The notes under the pieces are model-generated. The model worked only from the letters and a program-made list of their open reading frames with translations. It had not been told where the DNA came from and did not search any database. Of a stretch of DNA of 64,000 bases, positions 55,874-64,000 are shown in pieces. Made by a program: the position numbers and the translations under genes. The DNA lies in sequence record ON075799. One strand, given 5' to 3'. The DNA is from Escherichia phage vB_EcoM_TH18. Position 1 is the stretch's first letter, and each line of letters begins with the position of its first letter.

Positions 55874-56011
55874 ATGATTGAGATTCTTAAAAATCCTATT
55901 TTGTGTGGTATGGTTGTTTCTGTGTCACTTCCGATCGTGCTGTTAGTCGTTAGCGAAATAGATGATTTTATTTTCAATAAAAGACTTGCCAACAAGTCAA
56001 AAACAAATTAA
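55874..56011 (+). CDS. Small hydrophobic peptide (45 aa)
   Basis: SD GAGGT upstream; single predicted transmembrane helix; promoter-like TTGCAA…TATAGT upstream. Confidence 0.35.
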   Translation: MIEILKNPILCGMVVSVSLPIVLLVVSEIDDFIFNKRLANKSKTN

Positions 56012-56048
56012 TATAGTACCAACATACTAACTAGCGAGGTGATTTAAT

Positions 56049-56267
56049 ATGTTTGGTTTTATTGTTCTATCTTGTTCTCTTTCTGTTACTGCTGCAAAGG
56101 TAGAATGTAACTACACTGTAAAAGAGACTTTTAATGATGAAAAGTCTTGCAATGTATACGAAAATAATTATAAACTAGGAGACGGGGAGCAGTTCGGGAT
56201 CTGTGATGAATTAAAGGACGGTATCAAGAAAGGCGATAAGCGCCCGATCTTGGTCCTGAAAAAATAA
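56049..56267 (+). CDS. Early small secreted protein (72 aa)
   Basis: N-terminal signal-peptide-like segment; SD GAGGTGA upstream. Confidence 0.45.
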   Translation: MFGFIVLSCSLSVTAAKVECNYTVKETFNDEKSCNVYENNYKLGDGEQFGICDELKDGIKKGDKRPILVLKK

Positions 56268-56308
56268 TTTTTCTAATCATGTTGATCAATTTTTAAGAGG
56301 TGAATAAA

Positions 56309-56596
56309 ATGTTTGAAGTTTTCGCGGGTATGTGTTTTTATACAGCTTTGGCAATTCGTCAGTGTGATGATTATATCGTTGAATCATACGATGATCAGCT
56401 GACTTGCGAAATAGTCGCTAATGACTACGGCAAAAAAGATCGCTGGATTAATCCGGCTTGCATACCATCCCCAGAGGTAGAAGCCATGCCGGAAGGGGAA
56501 GAGGTATCAGATCCAGTTGTGGCGGTATCCTCCTTTTTCGTTGACAACCTGGACGCCCAAGAATTGATCGACATGTATGTAAAAAATCAAAAATAA
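56309..56596 (+). CDS. Early hypothetical acidic protein (95 aa from MFEVFAG…)
   Basis: SD AAGAGGTGA upstream of this Met. Confidence 0.45.
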   Translation: MFEVFAGMCFYTALAIRQCDDYIVESYDDQLTCEIVANDYGKKDRWINPACIPSPEVEAMPEGEEVSDPVVAVSSFFVDNLDAQELIDMYVKNQK

Positions 56597-56599
56597 CGC

Positions 56600-56635
56600 T
56601 TGACGTTGATTTGTGCCGCTTTATAATAGGCGGCA
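56600..56635 (+). promoter_or_regulatory. Promoter (TTGACG, 16-17 nt, TATAAT) with -10 inside inverted repeat TGCCGC/GCGGCA
   Basis: Consensus hexamers; palindrome arms flank the -10. Confidence 0.5.
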
Positions 56636-56686
56636 TAGGCAAGCGAAAGCGGATATAAATCTTAAACAAGTTAAGAGAGGTAAATC

Positions 56687-57007
56687 ATGGAACAAGCGAA
56701 TAAATTTTTCTTTCTGGCTGGGATCGTGGATAATGTGAAATGTGATTTCAAGCGTGAAAATGATAAGACGTTACTCACTTTCTGCGATATGCTTGATCAT
56801 GAGAATGCCGACACGTTACGAATCGAGATCCGCACGATAACCAATATCGACAATTTAAGCCGTTTAATTTATAAATCTCATTCTATAGCCTACAACCTGG
56901 AAACATCAACAAGCTGCCTCCAACAAGGAGAGAGCTTGCCCATTCTAAATAGTGCCGATGTATTTGGCGCGGTTGTTGCAATTGTAAATGATGTTTTTTC
57001 TCGTTGA
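56687..57007 (+). CDS. Early hypothetical protein (106 aa)
   Basis: SD AGAGAGGT upstream. Confidence 0.5.
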   Translation: MEQANKFFFLAGIVDNVKCDFKRENDKTLLTFCDMLDHENADTLRIEIRTITNIDNLSRLIYKSHSIAYNLETSTSCLQQGESLPILNSADVFGAVVAIVNDVFSR

Positions 57008-57223
57008 TTGGTGTTAATATTATGTTAGAGAATATTGTGTTCTTGTGTGGTGTCGTTCTTGCTGTTGTGGTTGGCCTCCTGGCGACGATGGCGAATATTG
57101 TGATCTCAAACAACCTGGCAGGGTAAAAATTTTTAAAAATAGTATTGACATACTTGCGGCATATGGTATTATTTACCACATGAAGGGGCAAGATTGACTT
57201 GCCTCACTAACGAAAGGTAAATA

Positions 57224-57493
57224 ATGATGAACATTTCTAAAACTACTTTTAACTTTGCTAAAAAGCGCGGTATTGAGCTTGAGCTGATCGAAGCGGATGA
57301 TCGCTTGGTCCTGGCTTTTTATGAGGCTAAAAATGAATGTGAATGGATGTTCTCTTATAATGTTAATCATGATTGCCTAACATGGCGCGGCAATATCTAT
57401 CTTTCAAACGAAGTAAAAGAGGAGTTACCCGCCACGATCACGACTGAGAAAAAACTACGTGAGGTTATTGATTTCATCTCTAAAAATATCTAA
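57224..57493 (+). CDS. Early hypothetical protein (89 aa)
   Basis: SD AAAGGT upstream; promoter-like TTGACA upstream at about 57144. Confidence 0.45.
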   Translation: MMNISKTTFNFAKKRGIELELIEADDRLVLAFYEAKNECEWMFSYNVNHDCLTWRGNIYLSNEVKEELPATITTEKKLREVIDFISKNI

Positions 57494-57540
57494 GATTACA
57501 TGAAAAGGGGCGAAAGCCCCTACCGAAGAAGGTAATAAAA

Positions 57541-57765
57541 ATGGATAAAGTAACAAAGATTGAGCATGAGGTAATTGACTTGGCACGGGCCAACAAGCCA
57601 TTTGATAAGATTTATTCTAAGGAGAATAAAGAGATCTTGAAAGACCTAACGCAAGGTCAAAAAGATGGCTTGCGCCGCTTATATCGTGAGGCGTATGACT
57701 ATTTTCGTTGGTGGGAAATAGAAGAGGCTAACGCGAAAATAGAAGGCCTAGAAAATTTAGTATAA
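57541..57765 (+). CDS. Early small protein (74 aa)
   Basis: SD AAGGT upstream. Confidence 0.45.
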   Translation: MDKVTKIEHEVIDLARANKPFDKIYSKENKEILKDLTQGQKDGLRRLYREAYDYFRWWEIEEANAKIEGLENLV

Positions 57766-57771
57766 AAGTAG

Positions 57772-57808
57772 TTGACTTTTAGTTATGCCGTGATAGAATG
57801 CACGGCAT
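57772..57808 (+). promoter_or_regulatory. Second copy of palindrome-embedded promoter (TTGACT…ATGCCGTGATAGAATGCACGGCAT)
   Basis: Near-identical to 53538-53574 (one mismatch in the loop). Confidence 0.5.
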
Positions 57809-57860
57809 AGATAAGAGAGACGGCACAAGCCATTGATTAAACTTAAAGAGGTAAATTATT

Positions 57861-58262
57861 ATGAATACTTACAAAACTGTTTTTAATTTCGACAATTTCA
57901 AAGCTATCTGCGACGACCAGATCGGCAAGTGCCGTAAAGAAAAAGGATTCTATAAATCTTATAAGTTGATTGCGGTTGTTGATGAAGAGATCACCGAAGT
58001 GGCAACGCTCAACCTGTACCACACTAACGCTACTAATTACGCTTGCTTATGGATGCACTGGGCCAATATTAAAGGTTGGGATCATGGCTATGTTGGCGGG
58101 AAAGCAAGCGGATACGGTTACAACAGGGAGGAGGCCGCGATCCATGTCGCAGCTAATAAACTCGGTATCACTGGCAACTGGTTTAACGGTGAACAATTGT
58201 TAGATGCAATGGCACGTAATTTTGATATGAAAGGCGCGAAGGTTATCTGCTGCAACGCGTGA
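57861..58262 (+). CDS. Early hypothetical protein (133 aa)
   Basis: SD AAAGAGGTAAAT upstream; followed by perfect palindrome agcggggaatattccccgct. Confidence 0.5.
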   Translation: MNTYKTVFNFDNFKAICDDQIGKCRKEKGFYKSYKLIAVVDEEITEVATLNLYHTNATNYACLWMHWANIKGWDHGYVGGKASGYGYNREEAAIHVAANKLGITGNWFNGEQLLDAMARNFDMKGAKVICCNA

Positions 58263-58309
58263 TCACTCAATAGCGGGGAATATTCCCCGCTTATAGATAG
58301 GGCATAATC

Positions 58310-58768
58310 ATGATTTACGATCTTAAATATTACGACGAATTGAGTATTGCAGCACAATTAACCGCCCGTGTCAATATTATAGCAGACCTGGAAAATCACC
58401 ATAGAAAGCGCATAGTCCAGACTATAGCCAGTTTTAAAAATGATCCTCATAAAGTGATTAATGACACGAAGCACATTCAACGCCTCATAAACGGCGCAAA
58501 GACGCTTTATAGTGTACGTCATTACGGGGATGATTACCTTATAAAGTTTATTCGTGATAATCGTTTGATCTTTACCCCTGGTGGTAGCTATATAACCTAT
58601 AGCGACGGCTTTATGATGATTATTGGAGGTAAGGAATACACCCCCACGGCCTCACAACAAAAAGCATTGAGAGAGCTTTATATAGCCATTAATGAGCGTG
58701 GTCAATCATATCATGATTGGTTATATAGAATGCACCACAAAATAAAAATTTTTATGATTCCCGCTTGA
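58310..58768 (+). CDS. Early hypothetical protein (152 aa)
   Basis: ORF. Confidence 0.45.
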   Translation: MIYDLKYYDELSIAAQLTARVNIIADLENHHRKRIVQTIASFKNDPHKVINDTKHIQRLINGAKTLYSVRHYGDDYLIKFIRDNRLIFTPGGSYITYSDGFMMIIGGKEYTPTASQQKALRELYIAINERGQSYHDWLYRMHHKIKIFMIPA

Positions 58769-58793
58769 CACCTACATAAAAACGCCTTATTAT
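58765..58793 (+). promoter_or_regulatory. Sigma70-like promoter (TTGACA, 17 nt, TATTAT)
   Basis: Consensus hexamers followed by shared TATTATCTATCT element and 5-prime UTR hairpin ggcggggagcggttccccgcc. Confidence 0.5.
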
Positions 58794-58846
58794 CTATCTC
58801 ATAAGGCGGGGAGCGGTTCCCCGCCACACTTAAGAGGTAAATAATC

Positions 58847-59236
58847 ATGCGTAACCTGGTTCATGTTTCCAACGTTGAAAAATTCCAATCTTTACAGGCT
58901 ATCGTAAACGATACAGCGCCTTTTATCGTTAAAGGCTTGATTGCCAGAATGCAACAGAAAAAACCTGAAATCTGGGCTAATTATTGCCTTGATAATGATG
59001 ATCAGGCTGCCGCTTTCATGGTTGGCGAACTGCTGGGAAGTGTAGGGAACATGCTACCGGAAAACATCGCAGAAGAGATCACCTACCGTTATAATATGGC
59101 GATAACTTATCAGGAAGTCGCACAATTTAACCTGATGGATGACGACGAACAACAGGATCAGGAAATTTTCTGGGAGTATGCCGACCGCCAAGCCGTTTTT
59201 GATGAGCGGTTAGAGATGTACTATAACGAATGGTAA
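58847..59236 (+). CDS. Early acidic protein (129 aa)
   Basis: SD AAGAGGTAAAT upstream. Confidence 0.5.
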   Translation: MRNLVHVSNVEKFQSLQAIVNDTAPFIVKGLIARMQQKKPEIWANYCLDNDDQAAAFMVGELLGSVGNMLPENIAEEITYRYNMAITYQEVAQFNLMDDDEQQDQEIFWEYADRQAVFDERLEMYYNEW

Positions 59237-59239
59237 TAA

Positions 59240-59270
59240 ACAGGCCGCTAATATGCGGCCTTTAATTTTT
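59240..59270 (+). terminator. Intrinsic terminator (aggccgctaatatgcggcctttaattttt)
   Basis: GC hairpin plus T-rich tract. Confidence 0.6.
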
Positions 59271-59868
59271 CTATTGACAATATCGCACTAACCTTTAAAA
59301 TGTTCTTTGTTAAGTATCTTTAAAGGTGTAACATGTTCCAATCAATCATTGATATTCTATCAGTCGCTAATAACGTGATGAACGTAATTACAATGATTAA
59401 ACTTGTTGCGTGGTTTGTTTCCGGGGATTATCGCTATATTAAATGGCGCAAGCCAACCATAAAAGACGTAGTGAAGATCTCATTTGAAGCAATGACAGAA
59501 TATTATCTATAACGATTATTTTTTGTTGACATCCAAAAGATTTTTCAATACCATTGATCACATAAGGGCGGCAATGATGCTGCCCACAACTGAAAGAGAA
59601 ATCACCATGGCGCTTAAAAAACTAACAAGTAATACACGTTGGGATGAAATCGGCGGGGAAGTATACATTTTTACCCGTAAACCAGGTGACCAAAAATGAT
59701 CAAAGGCTTTTACTTGCCACCCTGCAACCATAGACCTGATAAAAAGGGAAGGTTTACGCGAAGCAGTAGCAAGAAGTTTACTGATCCCTTATAAAAAATA
59801 GTTTGAAATTAATTTCACTATTGATAAAATATTATATAAAACTTTAACCTAAAAAGGGGTAAATTAAT

Positions 59869-60069
59869 ATGAAACGTTTTACTTATGGTGTGGTTGATGG
59901 TTATGTATCTAACCGTTTTTACAATACCGAGCGTGGTGCTAAAAATGCGGCTACCCGTGAACATGGCAATAGTGTAAATTTACAAGTTGGCTATATTAGC
60001 AAAATTAGCGGTATGTTTATTCCGGTTGCTCAACGCGGCATGTATTGCATAAACTGGATGCCAATGTAA
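59869..60069 (+). CDS. Early small protein (66 aa)
   Basis: SD AAAGGGGT upstream. Confidence 0.45.
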   Translation: MKRFTYGVVDGYVSNRFYNTERGAKNAATREHGNSVNLQVGYISKISGMFIPVAQRGMYCINWMPM

Positions 60070-60084
60070 AAAGGAGTAATAAAA

Positions 60085-60276
60085 ATGGATGTATCACAAG
60101 TTAGAAAGGTATTAGCAGCGTTACGCTATCACAATCATAGCAAGGTGAAGAATGATCCTGATTATGTTGATTCAAGTCTGGAGGAAGACACCTTGCAAGC
60201 TATAAGCCATATGCAGGAATTGCTTAAGCGTATGACAGAGAAGAACAGATCTGACTATATAGGTGACGAGATCTAA
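60085..60276 (+). CDS. Early small acidic protein (63 aa)
   Basis: SD AAGGAG upstream. Confidence 0.45.
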   Translation: MDVSQVRKVLAALRYHNHSKVKNDPDYVDSSLEEDTLQAISHMQELLKRMTEKNRSDYIGDEI

Positions 60277-60294
60277 TCTTTACAATCTCGCCTA

Positions 60295-60323
60295 TTGACA
60301 CCGGATCACGCTTACATTATTAT
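60295..60323 (+). promoter_or_regulatory. Sigma70-like promoter (TTGACA, 17 nt, TATTAT)
   Basis: Consensus hexamers; same TATTATCTATCT element as the 58765 promoter. Confidence 0.5.
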
Positions 60324-60372
60324 CTATCTTGTAGGGCAAGCAATACCGCAAGCCCACAAAGAGGACAATAAA

Positions 60373-60741
60373 ATGAGCAAATCAGCAATTAAAGCACTTG
60401 AAAAAGCGCAAAAAGTGATCGCTACTTCCACCACTGGCGCAAGTATTAATCTGATCGCTTACTTGGAAGATGAAACTATCCGTAAAAATTGGCGTAATAC
60501 TGATTTGCTGGCTTGCTTATTGATTAATAGTGTTGCTAATGCTTTCCAGTGTGAAACAGCCGAGAGCCTGGAAGAAAACTTGTTTGACAATATGGATCAA
60601 GCCATTGAAACCTATATCCAATCAAATCTGGATAGCTGGAACAGTAAAACATGGCCCGACAGCTTACGCGATACAACTGACCAACTGATCCGCCTTGCGG
60701 TGATGGTTGAACGCGATAACGTTTACAGCCGCACAAAGTAA
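60373..60741 (+). CDS. Early hypothetical protein (122 aa from MSKSAIKAL…)
   Basis: SD AAAGAGGA upstream of this Met; followed by terminator. Confidence 0.5.
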   Translation: MSKSAIKALEKAQKVIATSTTGASINLIAYLEDETIRKNWRNTDLLACLLINSVANAFQCETAESLEENLFDNMDQAIETYIQSNLDSWNSKTWPDSLRDTTDQLIRLAVMVERDNVYSRTK

Positions 60742-60772
60742 GATAGTACAAAGGGCGCTTAATGCGCCCTTT
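60742..60772 (+). terminator. Intrinsic terminator (aagggcgcttaatgcgccctttcttttt)
   Basis: GC hairpin plus T-run; last plus-strand signal before the repeat-rich region. Confidence 0.7.
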
Positions 60773-60779
60773 CTTTTTG

Positions 60780-62600
60780 CCCTAACAAACATGATAAGTT
60801 TTATCTATCAAAACACCACACAGAAAGAAAGTGAATAAAACGCGGTATCGAGCTAAACGAGGGTGGGCAATACAACGGCAAGGCTAAACAATTAAGGCTG
60901 TTATAACGCGATTTAGGCCGCTTAAAATCGATCCCCACCACAAACAACACCCACAAAATGACCAAAACGACACAACATGACTTAAATGATAACCATTCCC
61001 AACAACATAAGCATTTTTATGCAATTTGAGTGAATATCTATTTAAATGATAATGACTCTCAACAACAAACTAACACGACCGAAGCGATTCAATCGCCTAC
61101 CACAAAATTAATCACTTGTAAAGAGTAATTTGAAAAAAGCTGCGTAGGTGGCGCGACCGTAGGGAGCGACACAATAACGCAGTAGTAGCCCCTCACCCCT
61201 CCTTCCAGTCGCCCCCGGTATCGGGGCAGCGTTATTGTGTCGCTAAGCGACAACGCGTTAACAATTTTGCAAGATTTTATTAATACTTTAACTGTTATAA
61301 TTTTATTGCAAAATTGTTAACCTACTGCGTTATTGTGTCACGTAGTGATTAGTTACATATGTAACTAACAGCTATCACTGCAAAATTGTGTCACGTAGTG
61401 ATTAGCTGAGAATCAGCTAACCCGTAAAACGGGCTAAATTGTGTCCGGTACGGATGAGATAATCTCTCATTAATCCCCGATTATTACGCAGTAAATCACC
61501 ATGAATCACCTGTTTTTAACCCTGTTATTGTGTTCTTGCCCAGGGATAACCGCTTACTATGCGGTTAAATGCTGTATAGTCGCTACGCGATTAAGCGCGA
61601 TGCGCTTAACCTGCAAAGCAGGCTTCTAAGTGCCTGAAATGCCAGATCAATTTGGTCACTGCGTGATCATGATTGCGACAATAATTTGCTTATGATTTGC
61701 TATTTATTTGTTTGTAGTTGGTTATAGTTGTTATGGTTTGTTTGTTAATAGTTGCTATAATTTTGCTTTATTTGATTTTATTTGTTAAACACCCTTTTAT
61801 CATTCCTCTTACATTTTCGCAATATTTATTTTTGTTATCGTTTTCCCTCATTTCATTTCGTTATTGAAAACAAGAATTATTATCAATGCGCCTTAACAGG
61901 CTGACAGGTCTGTTAGTGGGCTAGCTCTCTGTGTGGTTATGTGTCGGCTGTTATTGTTAGCTTGCTTATTGTTGTGTGGTGTATGTACCAGTTAACTAGT
62001 ACATTGTGTGGTGCGCATAACGTGTATTATGTTAAATCGCTAAGCCCACAAATCAGGTGACTTGTCAATAACAATAAGTGCTGTGTGCGGTAGGTCTGAC
62101 CTATCAGTGTGCCCCTTTGTTGTGTGGTGCTTCCAATGGCTGGTCTGCCTGCTGTCTGTGCTGCGTCAGGAATCGAGGGGACTCGATCGCAATAGCTGTA
62201 AGATATTTTGTAAAGATTCGTAGTTTTTCTTGACACCCACAATCGTCTGCCTAACCCTTCAGAGATAAATACTTCAGAGATTTATCTGGGCTTTTTACCC
62301 TTCAGGTATAGAGACGTGTGTTTTATCCCTCACTTCTGAGATAAAGCCGTAGATATTTTCACTCTTCACATCATGTGCAAGTTAATACATGTATGTCTTT
62401 ACAGACGGGGTGGGGTAACAATCAGGAAGTGGTCTGGCAGTGATAACGCACTGGATAAAAGCTCTGTGTGGATTGTCGATGATATTTGTGTGTGTGGGAA
62501 ATGCTGATAGGCAAGAGATAAGACACTTGTCTCCGGCAGGGGTGGGGTGTGGAAAAGAAATGGGCCTGTCCGACCCATTGTGTTACAGAGATGAAACGCC
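60780..62600. other. About 1.8-kb repeat-rich non-coding region (nested inverted repeats, direct repeats, GT-rich tract, TTGTGTGGTG motif family)
   Basis: No ORF with SD; 15-bp inverted repeat GCGACACAATAACGC/GCGTTATTGTGTCGC; 16-bp inverted repeat GTTAACAATTTTGCAA/TTGCAAAATTGTTAAC; direct repeat ATTGTGTCACGTAGTGATTAG x2; perfect palindrome AGTTACATATGTAACT. Confidence 0.7.
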
Positions 62601-62604
62601 TATC

Positions 62605-62856
62605 TCACCATTGACCAGGTAAGCCAATATCAAGGCCAAATTCGTGACATTCATCCCAGTCAAGACTTTGATTCCAGTTTGTAACTGTTTGCTCTGTGTG
62701 GTGGGTGTGTGATGCTCTCTGTGACTGCTTGGGCATCTTTTTTGTCTGGGATTTCCCGAAGAGAGGTGTGTTGTCATTAAGTCTTCCGGCAGCCTTTTCA
62801 CCCTTTTTGACTTGTCTCCCACGGGCATTCCACTGCTCCAGTGTCCTGTAACACAT
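62605..62856 (-). CDS. Hypothetical small basic protein (83 aa)
   Basis: SD AGGAGA 8 nt upstream of ATG on minus strand. Confidence 0.4.
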   Translation of the reverse strand: MCYRTLEQWNARGRQVKKGEKAAGRLNDNTPLFGKSQTKKMPKQSQRASHTHHTEQTVTNWNQSLDWDECHEFGLDIGLPGQW

Positions 62857-63247
62857 AAAATGATTCTCCTGTAATATCTGGTGTGGGAATGATAGTGGAG
62901 AATGTCAGTCGTGTCAAGTAGGTTGCTCAGAGGCGCTATTATAAAAATTTTTTGGTGGCTTTCTGGGGCTTGTTGTGGGACTGTAAACAAGCTGTGGAGC
63001 CAGATGTGACGGGGCTTTCAGCCATGTTGTGTGTTGATAGCAAATAAGGATAAAATAATCAATATAAATGCGGATAAATGTTGTTTTATTGCGGTTGTGT
63101 GACTAGTGTGTCAATTCTTGATAGGCTATGTCTTGTACATATTTTGTACAATTGTGTGGTGTGTGGAGTTTGGGTGGCAATTCCCCAGACGGGGTAGGGT
63201 AGGTTATGGTGGGGAGCAGGGGCATGGTTAGCCCCATATGATCAGGG

Positions 63248-63565
63248 TTATGCGTCTGTTTGTTTGAACTGGTCTTTTGAACGTATTATATAGCTGCATC
63301 CGTATTTTCTTAGCCAGACAAGTTCCCATGGACTATCACTCAGGTTCTTCCTGTTTATCTCTTTTAGCTGGGCAACCGCATCGTCCCATGATGTGACTTC
63401 GAGATAACCGATAAGACAGTCCTCTCCAAAATCTCCGTAATCAAATGTGCATCTGACCTTGGCGATAAACTCTGTTTGTGGGCTTGTTGGTTTTACAAAA
63501 GCCCGGTGAAAGATTTGTTCTGTGCAGTGCTCATTAACCCATCTGATTTGTGTGGTCATAATCAC
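63248..63565 (-). CDS. Hypothetical protein (105 aa)
   Basis: ORF, co-oriented with downstream genes. Confidence 0.4.
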   Translation of the reverse strand: MIMTTQIRWVNEHCTEQIFHRAFVKPTSPQTEFIAKVRCTFDYGDFGEDCLIGYLEVTSWDDAVAQLKEINRKNLSDSPWELVWLRKYGCSYIIRSKDQFKQTDA

Positions 63566-63568
63566 CCC

Positions 63569-63772
63569 TCATCGTATAATTTCGCCTCGGAAAACTGTCT
63601 CTTGCTCCTGAAGATGCCTTGTCATGTAGTCTTTGATCCGATCATCAACCCATTTAATACGTTCTGGGTTGGTGTGGCAATTAGCGTTGGTACTTTCCAA
63701 CCAGTAAGCCGCCTGGTCCGTGGCGAATGGAAAATTCAATGGACGACCCGCAGCTACGAATTGTGCTTGCAT
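63569..63772 (-). CDS. Hypothetical protein (67 aa from first Met; frame may extend upstream)
   Basis: ORF adjacent to 63248..63565. Confidence 0.3.
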   Translation of the reverse strand: MQAQFVAAGRPLNFPFATDQAAYWLESTNANCHTNPERIKWVDDRIKDYMTRHLQEQETVFRGEIIR

Positions 63773-64000
63773 CTCCCGAAGTAAGTTATCCCTTTCTCGC
63801 CATGACCAGCGCCATTCTGCATAAGCCTTCAGATTGTTTTTCAGGCCTGTCTGTGTTGAAAACTTATACCCTAAATATTTGTCAGGGTCATTAAGCCATT
63901 TCTGGTAAGCCGTGTAAAACTCATACAGTTTTTCACTTGAAACTTTTATCTTTGTTGCCTGTGTGGGTGGCAGAGGCAGATATCTCCAGTGTGTTGGTTC

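Noticed and set aside
52855-58300. GC-rich hairpins upstream of early genes as intrinsic terminators
   Set aside because: Several (gacggggaactgctccccgtc, ggggcgaaagcccc, agcggggaatattccccgct) lack a following T-run on either strand; they may be RNA-stability or operator elements, so not called as terminators.
62583-62990. Minus-strand ORF (135 aa) in repeat-rich region
   Set aside because: Overlaps in another frame the 83-aa ORF that has a good SD; no start context of its own.

Overview
The window reads as one contiguous piece of an AT-rich, virulent-type myovirus genome; gene content and order resemble Felix O1-like phages, but that is inference from memory, not a search result. All calls are from manual reading and hand-folding; nothing was run. 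Layout: (1) 187-37,690, minus-strand late module: tail fibers, baseplate, tape measure, chaperones, tube, sheath, head-tail joining proteins, a fiber-like paralog family, major capsid, decoration, scaffold, protease-like, portal, large terminase, spanin pair, and a nucleotidyltransferase-motif protein. (2) 37,815-41,679, minus-strand tRNA cluster (about 16 tRNA-shaped genes plus two degenerate tRNA-like remnants, several atypical), with a lone tRNA-Met at 43,410. (3) 42,045-47,382, minus-strand genes including an adjacent PRPP-synthetase-like and NAMPT-like pair. (4) 47,452-47,640, an AT-only palindromic tract at the strand switch. (5) 47,977-60,741, about 28 small plus-strand early-type genes with sigma70-like promoters, hairpin operators and terminators, interrupted by an 0.85 kb gene-poor stretch with GATC-containing tandem repeats. 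(6) 60,780-62,600, repeat-rich non-coding region, then minus-strand genes to the window edge. Most notable: the large terminase gene appears interrupted three times (an intein in the Walker A P-loop and two group I introns, one carrying an HNH homing endonuclease); the PRPS-like/NAMPT-like pair is a candidate NAD+-reconstitution counter-defence module; several tRNAs have non-canonical architecture.
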